From positions 160,001 through 224,000 of the forward strand of contig CAVSQW010000006.1 in assembly GCA_963730185.1 (NCBI GenBank): a DNA stretch of 64,000 bases, read 5' to 3'. The stretch comes from an uncultured Gemmatimonadales bacterium (lineage in GTDB: Bacteria; Gemmatimonadota; Gemmatimonadetes; Gemmatimonadales; GWC2-71-9). The position numbers and the translations under genes are program-made. Positions 31,720 through 40,712 of the stretch are shown here, piece after piece (within the stretch, counting starts at the first letter, position 1; every line of letters begins with the position of its first letter). The notes below the pieces were generated by a model. That model had not been told where the DNA came from. It made no database searches and saw only the letters and a list, made by a program, of their open reading frames with translations.

Positions 31720-32739
31720 TTACTCCTTCAGCCAGTTGTTGATCGCGTCAAACGAGGTTCCCGCGCTACGGTGGAGGGCCAAGTCATGTCCGGTGTTCGG
31801 GATCGTAATGACCGTCACGCTGGCCGCCGAAGTGTAGAATGGCTGTTCGTTGGTTCTGACGGCCGCGATATTGGTGCAGTCGAGGGCCAGACCGCAGGCC
31901 AGGCGATCTTCTTCCCCCGCGATGAGCAATACCGGACGAGTGATGCGGTTGCTGATGTTGGAACCGGCCGGTACGCGACCGAGCTCTATCCCCTGTTGGA
32001 ACTCCGTGGTCGACATGATCGACTTATGGGCGTCGTCGTAGGAGATTTCGTTCGAATCTGCGCCGGGCAGATGGTAGAACGCAGCACGGCCAGCCGCCGG
32101 TGTCGTGGTGGTCCAGCCACTGTCCAGGCCCAGTGTCGCAAACAAAGAATCCTGGCTGGCCGGATGGAAGGCAATCTCACCCTTGGTGAGCGCTGGCCCG
32201 ACGGCGTGCAAGGCGTCGCTGAGCACCAACCGGGTGGCATCGTTGTATTCGGAAGATTCAAGCTGGGCGATCCGCGATCCATATGAATGGCCGATCAGGT
32301 TGATGACACGGAATTGCGCATGGAAGTGTTGCAGGATCTGGTGCAGCACAAAGGCGTCGGCGGACATAGTCACACTGGTACTCGGCAGTGGACTGCTCTT
32401 GCCAATGCCTAGCCGGTCGTAGGAGAAGGTTGCCCTCCCCGCCTCGAGTGTGCGCCCCACGTAGGAGTACCGGGGGGCGTCATAGGGCAAATCCCAGTAC
32501 GACCGATCGTATGTTGCGCCATGCACCAATACATCGAGGGCATGACTAGGGTTGGGTTTGGACGGTATACACAGGGTGCCGGATATCGTTTGACTGGCGG
32601 GTTGGCCTGATGCCAACGATATACGCAGCATAAGTGGAGTACACCGCCCAGCCTTTGGCTGCTGCTGGCCGCCGGCTGCGGCGGCTGTCGCTGCGAAGGT
32701 GCCGATGGCCAGCAATAGACTGCCGTAGACTCGCGTCAT
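31720..32739 (-). CDS. Cassette 6: secreted alpha/beta hydrolase
   Basis: Signal peptide, VHGATYDRSYWD, DRLGIGKS, GHSYG, GEED, TGHDLALH. Confidence 0.85.
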   Translation of the reverse strand: MTRVYGSLLLAIGTFAATAAAAGGQQQPKAGRCTPLMLRISLASGQPASQTISGTLCIPSKPNPSHALDVLVHGATYDRSYWDLPYDAPRYSYVGRTLEAGRATFSYDRLGIGKSSPLPSTSVTMSADAFVLHQILQHFHAQFRVINLIGHSYGSRIAQLESSEYNDATRLVLSDALHAVGPALTKGEIAFHPASQDSLFATLGLDSGWTTTTPAAGRAAFYHLPGADSNEISYDDAHKSIMSTTEFQQGIELGRVPAGSNISNRITRPVLLIAGEEDRLACGLALDCTNIAAVRTNEQPFYTSAASVTVITIPNTGHDLALHRSAGTSFDAINNWLKE

Positions 32740-33812
32740 GGTTCTCTCTCGATTGAATTGAATGAAACGCCGCCGCGAAGCCGCCACCAGGCGAGGTAGC
32801 TCAACCCGAGCATCACGAGCAGCAACATCGCCTGACCCACCACATCGATCGGCGTCGAGGGCACACCCAGAGCGGTGCCGCCAAGTACCACCAAGCGGCG
32901 CAAACTGATCCAGCCGTAAGTCAGGATTGCACCGGTCGATGCCGCGAGCGCATGCACCGGCCCCCAACCGACGCGGCGCGCCCACGCCGCGAACAGGGCG
33001 ATGGCCGCAGTCACGAGGCAGAGCAGCCCCGCGAGGCCGAGGTTCGCTTGCAGGCCGTGGCGCGGCGCGCATGCGAACCACAGCTGGAACGCGCTGCACA
33101 ACGCGAGCGCCGCAATCAGCACGAGCCATGCAGATGGTGCGGGGTGTGCCCGATTGGTGGATCCGCCAGTGTTGGGCCCCAATCGCGCGAACGCCAAAGT
33201 GATGACGACTGCCAGAACGATTGCAACGGACGCGAACTGACCGACGGAGGCGACGAAGGGAAATGTCCGGTGAGTGAAGGCTGTGGTCGCTATGCAGCCA
33301 GTACAAACAGCGCTGTGGTCGCAAGAAGGCCGGGGAAGTGCAACCATGGTTCACGCCAGCGCGAGCCCGCCAGCGCTTCCGCGTGTGCGACGGAACTGCC
33401 CACGCTCCATACCACGTGTAGGGTCAAGAGGTAAAAAGTGAAAGGGAACGACGTTCCGAGCGCAGGGATGAAGCCGTAGTCCAGGAGGTGCTGACCGGCA
33501 TAATTCGGATTGAAGAGGGTCTGGTTCGTAAGCCCTTCCTCGATCAGCGCATACGCCAATGCCAGGAGCAGCATAGTCGGCCAGCCACGGCGCGTTCGCC
33601 TGGTGATCTCGCGCACCAGCACGGCCCCGCCACCGTACTGCGGAATGAACACAAGGACGAAACCGATCTGCCGGATATTGAAATCGCCGAGCAGGAACTC
33701 CGCCAAGAGCGGCGCGATGATGAGGAGTGCAAGCGCCGGCGCAATCCGACAAAGAATCGTTATCCACTTCTTCGCGGATTCGCGGGTGCGAGGGTTTGCG
33801 ATCGTTATTCAT
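32736..33812 (-). pseudogene. Cassette 6: multi-pass membrane protein (frameshifted)
   Basis: APLLAEFLLGD..YGGGAVLVRE..EEGL..LHVVWS continues in ORF 32736..33347; frame breaks near 33760 and 33350. Confidence 0.7.
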
Positions 33813-34428
33813 CGCGCTCGCCTCCTGTGAAAGCGGTACCTGATCGAATCGCCGCCGGGTCCCAGGCAAGTTTGCCGTTACTCAGGTCGCCGATGAGGTT
33901 GCGCACCCACATCAGCTCCGCTTCCGTGACGGCCCGCATGTATTCCGATTCCAGCAGGAAGAGGCGCGGCACCGTGTCGGTGTGTTCCTCCATTATCGCC
34001 GCCAGGCTTTGCTGCTTGGTGTCCAGTGCGTCCGCTCTCCGGCTCAGGACCCTTCGGGCCGCCTCCGGCTCCAACAGGTAGATGAAGGAGAGGGCAGCAG
34101 GGAATTCCGGGAACTCGGAAGCCGGCGTAGCGAGCATCTCCCTCATCCCCGCGTGGAGCGACTTGCGACCCGCCTCTGTCAGCTGATAGACAGTCCGTTC
34201 TGGCCGACTCTCGGTCCGGGCGGTGCCTTGGACTTCGAGCAAGCCATCTCGCTGCAAGCGGCTGATTGTCTGGTAAAGGCTGGCCCGGTGGCGGACGTTG
34301 ACTATCTGATCGTTCCCCCGATCCCGGATCAGCTGTTGCATCCGGTAGGGGTACATGGGCGCCTCGTCCAGGAGGGCGAGCACTACCAAAGCGCGCGGCG
34401 GCAGGGGGGTGCGGCGTTTGCTCTTCAT
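33805..34428 (-). CDS. Cassette 6: PadR-family regulator (long form)
   Basis: PMYPYRMQQLI, ASLYQTISRL, PERTVYQLTEAG, EFPEFPAALSF. Confidence 0.9.
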   Translation of the reverse strand: MKSKRRTPLPPRALVVLALLDEAPMYPYRMQQLIRDRGNDQIVNVRHRASLYQTISRLQRDGLLEVQGTARTESRPERTVYQLTEAGRKSLHAGMREMLATPASEFPEFPAALSFIYLLEPEAARRVLSRRADALDTKQQSLAAIMEEHTDTVPRLFLLESEYMRAVTEAELMWVRNLIGDLSNGKLAWDPAAIRSGTAFTGGERDE

Positions 34429-34655
34429 AGTACTACTATTACTAGTCATGCTCTGACTGTCAAGGGTTCGCTGCCCGCTACGACCTTGATCTCCCGGAGA
34501 CGCCCCTCTGGCCAGGTGCTCGGTGCTCGGGGATTGATGGGTTCAGCCGGTAGGCCAGTTGTGGCCGGCTTGCGATCATCCCCGAAGGGTCCTGCCTCGG
34601 GCTCTGTACGCGTCACGCTGTCGGTGCGCGTCTGGCGAACACCGTGCTACGCGTC

Positions 34656-34773
34656 ACCTAACCCGCGCTTGCTGCCGTCGAGGCCAGAGCGATTCGGCCG
34701 CCGCGATGTATGCTTTATTCAAGGATTGCGGCGGCCTCACCCGGCCTCGCGGCGGCAGCGCACGGCGTTAGGC
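34656..34773 (+). repeat. attC 6
   Basis: R'' ACCTAAC (complements GTTAGGT at 31572)...R' GTTAGGC; arms tgctgccgtcgaggcc / ggcctcgcggcggcagc. Confidence 0.9.
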
Positions 34774-34783
34774 GCACCAATCA

Positions 34784-35571
34784 ATGACGCTTATTCCCAA
34801 TGTCACGCAGTGGCTCGATGAGCAGGGGTTCGCACTCGAGATGCACGCGGCCGCCGCGTTTCGGGCCGCCGGCTTCACCATCCAGCAGGCTAGTCACTAC
34901 CCGGATCCAGAGACTGGCAAGGTGCGAGAGATCGACGTCCTCGCGGTCGACCCAGACGCCCTGGTTATCGTCGACATCGCCTTCGTCGTCGAATGCAAGG
35001 CGAGCAAGAAGCCATGGGCGTTGCTTTGCTCGCCCGACACCCTTGCCAGCTACAATCGAATATTTGCATTCGGCACGCTTTCGCAGGAAGCGATTGCCGC
35101 CGTGGCGGATCGCGTGCCGGATGTGATCGAGCGGCGGCCGTGGCTGCGGAAGGACATTGTCGCCGCGTACTCGGTCCGGCATGCCTTTCTCTGACCGTGA
35201 TGTGGCGTACGAAGCCGCCATCGCCGTAGCCAAGGCCTCCGCGGTTCGCGCGCGAAAGGACGGGCCCACGCATGGGCGACCCTATGGGTTCGCGTTTTCC
35301 AGTGATCGCGGTCGACTCCCCCTTGGTCGCCTGTACCCTCACCGAAGAGGGCGGTATCAATGGCGTCGCAGTACATGAGGGCGAGTGGCTCTTCTTTGCC
35401 CAGCTTCCCGAGTACTTCGGCACGTGCATTCGGATTCTATCGCGGAAGCGCTTGCCGTCGTTCGCCCAGGAAGCGCGGGCGTTTGCATCCGTGATCAGAC
35501 AAGAACTGCAACCGGAATCGCGTAATGGCGTCCTGGCAGCAAGGCCGCCGCCCGGGCGCCTAACCCATTGA
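34784..35571 (+). pseudogene. Cassette 7: PD-(D/E)XK-like nuclease (two frameshifts)
   Basis: GFALE..YPDPETGKVREIDVLA..VVECK; continues in ORFs 35157 and 35272. Confidence 0.65.
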
Positions 35572-35705
35572 TGGAGACTGACGAGGCCGCCCGGCCATCG
35601 TGCCATGCCAGTGGCGTCGCAGGCGCCGCCGCTCCATATTGGTCGGACGGCTGCGGCGGCGCCTGCACGTGGCGGCCTCGCGGCTCATCAAATTGGCCGT
35701 TATAC
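35558..35705 (+). repeat. attC 7
   Basis: R'' GCCTAAC...R' GTTATAC; arms ttgatggagactgacgaggccgcc / ggcggcctcgcggctcatcaa. Confidence 0.88.
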
Positions 35706-35784
35706 GGCCCACCGGGGTATCCCACCCGCCCGTCGGGGCGGAGCTCCGGCCGGAGACCCCTTTGCGAGCATCAAGGCAACGCCA

Positions 35785-35976
35785 ATGACATGGACCGCGG
35801 AGCAGCGTGCCGAGTTGGCGCGCGAGTATGACCGGATAGGATACGTAGCTGCCGACCGCTGGCCCGCGCCGCCGCCCGAACTCGGCCCGGAAGAGTTGCT
35901 CGCACTTTTGCGCTCCGTGGAGTCCGGTACGGGTCGAGCGGGTTGGGAGGCGGCGCTGGCCCGGCGAGCCCCGTAA
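35785..35976 (+). CDS. Cassette 8: small hypothetical protein (63 aa)
   Basis: MTWTAEQRAELAREYDRIGY...; sits within cassette bounds. Confidence 0.5.
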   Translation: MTWTAEQRAELAREYDRIGYVAADRWPAPPPELGPEELLALLRSVESGTGRAGWEAALARRAP

Positions 35977-36114
35977 GGCTTGAGCAGTGCACCTCCGCTC
36001 GATCCTGGCGGGTCTGTTCATAGGCCCGGTGCCAGGGCCGGGCACCCAGGCCGCCGATCCTCAGCCTTCCTCGCCCGTCCTGGCGATCCTTCGGCGAGCA
36101 CTATTGCCAGTGCC

Positions 36115-36253
36115 GTATAGCCCAGTGTTGCAGGCGGACGGGCGCCCGACCATCCCGTTGCGAAGTCGCTGGCGCGCCCCAATGTTATCGGGGGACGGCG
36201 CGGCCGCTCAGCCCCGATGCGGCGCCCGACCGTTGAACACTAAGGCGTTAGGC
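36115..36253 (+). repeat. attC 8 (R'' has one mismatch)
   Basis: GTATAGC...GTTAGGC; arms agtgttgcaggcggacgggcgcc / ggcgcccgaccgttgaacact. Confidence 0.82.
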
Positions 36254-36280
36254 CGCAGGCCTTAGACTCCGCGTTACCGC

Positions 36281-37064
36281 ATGGCTATTCCGCCGGGTCC
36301 CTGGCGCCTGATCGTCCCGGCTGAGGCTTTCGCCATGTTGCGGTCAGACAAGGAATTCCTCTTCCTTGCAACGTTGTCGCGCATGGTCAACGCCGCCAAG
36401 TTCGGCGTGTCGGCAATGAACGAGCACCGCGGGGGTGGAGGCGCCCGCCGCGGATCGACAGCGGATGGGGGCGTTCCTGTACACGGCCGGAGTCATCAAC
36501 GAGCTGACCGAGTTTGTACGTAGCCACAAAGAGGTGGGGGGAGGCCTAATGGCGTTCGAACGGGCCTTCAACCTCGTAGACGAGGGTCGCGTCGAGGACG
36601 CCACCCGACATGTCCTCCACGTGATTCGCAACCGGCAGGCGTTTCACTTCGACCCGACGGTTGCCGAGCGTGTCATTCCACGCCTGCCGCCGGATGACTA
36701 CCCACTCGTCGTGGGCCACGGACCGGAACGCCTGGCAGCCAACTATGAGCTTGCCGACATCGCGACGATAGCCTTCGTGTTCGGGCACCTTGACAACGTT
36801 GCCAAGCTCTACGAAGAGTTTGAGCGCTTCTGCGATGACCTCAGCCGCCTTGTCATTCGTTTCATTGAGGCTGCGGACGACGTCATCATTGAGCGGCTCC
36901 TGGCCAGGGGTGGGACGAGTCGGGAGCGCACTCCGGAACCACCGTCTTCGACATCCTTGCAGACGGACGGGCGCCCCGGTCTCCGCTTGCCGAGTCGCGG
37001 CCGCGCCCCGATCTTGGTTGGAGGATGGCGCGGCCGCTCAGTTCGGTGCGGCGCCCGCCGCTGA
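36281..37064 (+). pseudogene. Cassette 9: HEPN-like hypothetical protein (frameshift near 36432)
   Basis: ORFs 36281 and 36435 join across a G run; motif IRNRQAFHFD; reads through a degenerate attC. Confidence 0.55.
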
Positions 37065-37081
37065 AGCATCGAGCGTTTGGC
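36944..37081 (+). repeat. attC 9 (degenerate R'' and R')
   Basis: Internal sequence closely similar to attC 4, 5 and 8; ends GTTTGGC. Confidence 0.75.
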
Positions 37082-37108
37082 GGCAACGCCTGACACCAGA
37101 GAGGTCCC

Positions 37109-37498
37109 ATGAGGACTTTGGATCGGGCATTTGGCTGGCTCCTGGTGGTTAACGGCTGCGTTCATGCGGTCGGTGCCTGGAATGCCAATCATGCGAATCC
37201 CAGCGTTCTCTTGTGGGCGTTAACAGGTTCCCTCGCGGCGGTTCTCATCGCCGCAATCAACCTGCTGCGCGCCGAGCGTCCCCATGATCGCCCGCTTGCC
37301 TGGCTCGGTCTTGCGGGGTCTCTCGCGTGGCTCGCCGTCGCTCTCAGCGTCGGGAAGCTCATCGGCAACGTCCTCGACATCCGGGTGGTCAGTAACGCGT
37401 TGAACGCCGTGGTGCTGGCCGCGATGAGCATCCGATCGCTAAGGAGTGGTTCCCGCGTGCTGCGGTCGGGGCCAGACGCGCCGCGGCCGCCGCGTTAG
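37109..37498 (+). CDS. Cassette 10: small membrane protein
   Basis: RBS gagg, ATG, four hydrophobic helices. Confidence 0.7.
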   Translation: MRTLDRAFGWLLVVNGCVHAVGAWNANHANPSVLLWALTGSLAAVLIAAINLLRAERPHDRPLAWLGLAGSLAWLAVALSVGKLIGNVLDIRVVSNALNAVVLAAMSIRSLRSGSRVLRSGPDAPRPPR

Positions 37499-37559
37499 AT
37501 AGGTTTGGGGATGGCGGCGGCCTCACCTGGCCTCGCGGCAGAAGCGCAGGGCGTTAGGC
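37447..37559 (+). repeat. attC 10 (degenerate R'')
   Basis: The 3' half gcggcggcctcacctggcctcgcggcagaagcgcagggcgtt is identical to attC 11; R' GTTAGGC. Confidence 0.78.
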
Positions 37560-37584
37560 GGCCGCGCCTTCACCGGTGATAAGG

Positions 37585-38043
37585 ATGATTCGCTCCAGCA
37601 TCGACATCAATCGTTCGCCCCATGATGCATTCGCATACGTCGAGGAACTAGACCGACACGGCGACTGGCAGGATGCGATCATCACCGCCCGGAAGGAACC
37701 GTCCGGTCCAACTCGGCTCGCCACCCACAACATCGAAAGGCGACGCATCCCCGGTGGGCCGAGGGAAAGCGAATCCGAGATGTGCGAATACGATCCGCCG
37801 CGCCGGATTGCGGCGAAGGGCGTGAACGGGCCAGTACGCGCGATCGTCGTGATCTCCATCGAACCGCTCGACGGCGGTTCCCGCTCGCGATTCATCATGG
37901 AACTAACTCTGGTGGGGCGTGGTATCGGTAGACTGTTTGCGCTGTTCGCGCGGCGCTCGGCTCGTCAGCAAGTCCCGCGCGATCAACGTCGGTTGAAAGG
38001 TCTCTTGGAGAGTGGTCGAGATTCGGCCTCTGCCTCCGAATGA
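37585..38043 (+). CDS. Cassette 11: SRPBCC/polyketide cyclase-family protein
   Basis: SIDINRSP..FAYV..W, EYDPPRRI, EPLDGGSR. Confidence 0.85.
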   Translation: MIRSSIDINRSPHDAFAYVEELDRHGDWQDAIITARKEPSGPTRLATHNIERRRIPGGPRESESEMCEYDPPRRIAAKGVNGPVRAIVVISIEPLDGGSRSRFIMELTLVGRGIGRLFALFARRSARQQVPRDQRRLKGLLESGRDSASASE

Positions 38044-38051
38044 CATCGGCC

Positions 38052-38166
38052 ACCTAACCCCGCGCTTGCTGCCGTCGAGGCCACGGCGGTTCGGCCGCCG
38101 CGATGTACTTTCCATCTAAGGACTGCGGCGGCCTCACCTGGCCTCGCGGCAGAAGCGCAGGGCGTT
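38052..38166 (+). repeat. attC 11, R' interrupted by an IS110 element
   Basis: R'' ACCTAAC; ends ggcGTT at 38166; the rest of the box (TAGAC) resumes at 39105. Confidence 0.88.
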
Positions 38167-38269
38167 GATATGACTGGGCTGCTGTCAAGGACCGTGATCT
38201 TCACGCGCGCATGGACTCATCCTCTCGCTCAGCGGGTTGGAGACGAGGGGACGACGGGGCCGGAGCTGG

Positions 38270-38420
38270 TTCGCCGATCATCCTGCTGATATACGCCGGT
38301 CAGCGGATCCGCTCGCCGGAGCGGCACGAAGTGGATGCGTCGGGAGCGACCTCGGTCTAGGCACTCGGGTTCCGTTGGGCTGCCACGTACCGGATAACGT
38401 ACGACGAGGGTTCCCCCAGA
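38270..38420 (-). ncRNA. Candidate bridge/seek RNA
   Basis: CCTCG..CGTTA..GCCTA..CGAGG loop followed by an ACTTC..ATATC loop; these match the attC target and the element junction. Boundaries approximate. Confidence 0.6.
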
Positions 38421-38449
38421 TCGTGCCCCGGACACCCGCCGTCACGACG

Positions 38450-38986
38450 TCAGACCACCACCGGGCCGGGCTCGAGCCAGGCGAGATGCCGCGGGCCCCA
38501 GTGGGGGCCTTCGCGATAGATCAGGCCCCGGCGGGTCAGGAACTTGAGCAGGTAGTGCTTCGACTGGAGGAGCTCGCGTTGGAGCGTCTCCGGGCACCGC
38601 ACCAGATCGCGGACCTGTTCTTCGGCGGCGCTCGGTACCCGCACGGCGGTCAGCTCGCCGGCGCGGAAGAGCCGGACCAGCTGGGTCGCGTCGTACCGGT
38701 CGTGCTTGCGGTGGATGCCGGGTTTGGTGGGGATCAACGACGGGGCGATCACGGTGCAGGCGTGGCCCCAGCTCGTCAGGGCCCGATACAGCACGAACCC
38801 GGCCCCGCTGGCCTCGTAGCACACGTGGAGCGCCCCCTGGGTCGCCAGCCGGGCGAGGTAGCGTTGGAGGACCTTCGGCTCGTTCGGCAGGCGGTTCACC
38901 CTCGACGGGACCGCATCGCCGGTCGGCAGGACGGCCACGGTGATCGATGCCTGGTGTACATCCATCCCGACGTAGATATTAGACAT
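38450..38986 (-). pseudogene. IS110-family transposase, N-terminal DEDD domain only
   Basis: YVGMDVH, CYEASGAG, KHDRYDA; stops at 178 aa and lacks the C-terminal domain. Confidence 0.9.
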
Positions 38987-39132
38987 GGGCTGGTTCCTCC
39001 GACTGGCTGCGACGGTGGGTCGCGTCGCATGTGGCTCTGGCGACTTCGGGGATCCCGAAGGAGCTAACCCACGGCGCTTCGGGGGCCAGCCCAGTCATAA
39101 CTTCTAGACAGCACTCAATCAGTGGTCAGGCC

Positions 39133-39882
39133 GTGGATCAGGGTTCGTTCTACGATGACATCGCCGGGTACTACGACCTGATCTATGCGGATTGGGATGA
39201 AAGCATGCGGCGCCACGGTGCGGCTATTTCTACCATGCTTGGCAGTGCCCCGCCCCACGCGCGCATCCTTGATGTCTCGGCGGGAATCGGAACTCAGGCG
39301 CTGCCGCTCGCCTCAATGGGCTACGACGTCGTCGCCAGAGACTTGAGTCCCGGCGCTATCCGCAGGCTTCAACGGGAGGCACAGGACCGAGGGCTCTCAA
39401 TCGACGCCGCGCCCTCTGATATGCGCGACGTTGCTCGTTCGGTCGACGGACTTTTCGACGCCGTGATTTCGTTCGACAATTCGGTTCCCCATCTGCTGAC
39501 GGATGCTGACATCACCGCGACCCTTCGGGGCCTCAGCGAAGTGTTGGTTCCCGGTGGAGTCATTCTCCTGTCCGTCCGGGACTATGATGGGGTGGACCGA
39601 TCCCCGACTTCGATCCATCGGTATGGGGAGCGAACTCGTCAGGGCTCCCGGTACAGGATGAGCCAGGAGTGGGAGTGGTATGACCCTTCGCACTACCGGA
39701 CGACCATGATCATCGAACGGGAGCAGGAGAAGCGGTGGAGGGAAGTCGTCCGTACCGTGGCCGCGTACCACGCCATTTCGATCCCGCGGCTCCTTGAACT
39801 CATGGAGGGCGTCGGACTTGATGCGCGGCGCGTCGAAGAACCGCCGTTCTTCCAACCCGTCTTGCGTGGACGTGCTGCCTAA
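39133..39882 (+). CDS. Cassette 12: class I SAM-dependent methyltransferase
   Basis: FYDDIAGYYDLIY, ILDVSAGIG, DMRD, FDAVISFDNSVPHL, LVPGG. Confidence 0.9.
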   Translation: MDQGSFYDDIAGYYDLIYADWDESMRRHGAAISTMLGSAPPHARILDVSAGIGTQALPLASMGYDVVARDLSPGAIRRLQREAQDRGLSIDAAPSDMRDVARSVDGLFDAVISFDNSVPHLLTDADITATLRGLSEVLVPGGVILLSVRDYDGVDRSPTSIHRYGERTRQGSRYRMSQEWEWYDPSHYRTTMIIEREQEKRWREVVRTVAAYHAISIPRLLELMEGVGLDARRVEEPPFFQPVLRGRAA

Positions 39883-39993
39883 CGATGGTTTGCTGCTGAC
39901 AGGGTAGGCTGCGAGGTCCGGCAGCACTCGCCTGGCGGCTCGCGCCGCGGGTCGGCATCATGCTCCTGCAGCAGAAACCCAGCGTCGTTGGGC
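39877..39993 (+). repeat. attC 12
   Basis: R'' GCCTAAC supplies the stop codon...R' GTTGGGC; arms ggtttgctgctgacagg / cctgcagcagaaacc. Confidence 0.88.
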
Positions 39994-40063
39994 GGTGGGA
40001 CGAGACCATAGCAGCGAATGATCCGGCTGCCATGGCTTGACAGCGTCGAGGAACGGACTGTGC

Positions 40064-40576
40064 ATGATCATCGTTCTCAACGGACCGCTCGGCATAGGAA
40101 AGTCAACGCTGGCCGAGGCGCTCGCCGAGGGTATCCACCAGTGCGTGATGCTGGACGGCGACCATCTCGTGGCAGCAAATCCGCCGCCAGCGGATGAGAT
40201 CGGCCATTTGCATTCGACGATCGCGCTGCTCGTCGCGCACCATCGGCGTTTTGGCTATCGCCACTTCGTGATCAATCACCTCTGGCGCACGCCCGGAGCG
40301 CTCACCGACCTGCGCCGCAGGCTTCGCGATGTCGACGCCGATGCGGACATCCGCTGTCTTCTCCTCACCCTTCCGCTTGAGGAGAATCTTCGCCGAATCC
40401 AGCGACGCCAGAATGCACGGGCACTCGACGAGCAGCAGTTCGAGCTGCGGACTGTCGCGGAAGAACGGGAAGCCCTGTCCAAGAATACCGGCGACAGTCT
40501 GGGCATGCCGTTCGATGTCTCGGCACCCCCGGCGGATCTCGTCGCGACTCTCTTGCTCCGCCTTGCGCCATCATGA
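40064..40576 (+). CDS. Cassette 13: P-loop kinase / AAA-family protein
   Basis: MIIVLNGPLGIGKST, LDGD. Confidence 0.85.
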   Translation: MIIVLNGPLGIGKSTLAEALAEGIHQCVMLDGDHLVAANPPPADEIGHLHSTIALLVAHHRRFGYRHFVINHLWRTPGALTDLRRRLRDVDADADIRCLLLTLPLEENLRRIQRRQNARALDEQQFELRTVAEEREALSKNTGDSLGMPFDVSAPPADLVATLLLRLAPS

Positions 40577-40619
40577 GGCCGCGAGTCTCCAGAGGTAATC
40601 AGGTGGCGGCGGAGACGCC

Positions 40620-40685
40620 TCCTAGCAAGCCGATGGAGTTGCCGCTCGCCTTCGGCGCCCGCAGCTTATCGGCATGGCGTTAGAC
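40620..40685 (+). repeat. attC 13 (short, degenerate R'')
   Basis: TCCTAGC..gccgatggagttgc / gcagcttatcggc..GTTAGAC. Confidence 0.78.
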
Positions 40686-40712
40686 TGACGATAGACCGGA
40701 GGAACAATCTTG

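Larger units (their letters stand above)
38167..39104 (-). mobile_element. IS110/IS1111-type element, internally deleted, inserted in attC R'
   Basis: Subterminal IRs TATGACTGGGCTG / CAGCCCAGTCATA; DEDD transposase N-terminus; long downstream non-coding end. Confidence 0.88.

Noticed and set aside
38374..38380. GTTGGGC as an extra attC R' box
   Set aside because: Lies inside the IS110 non-coding end with no matching R'' or arms.
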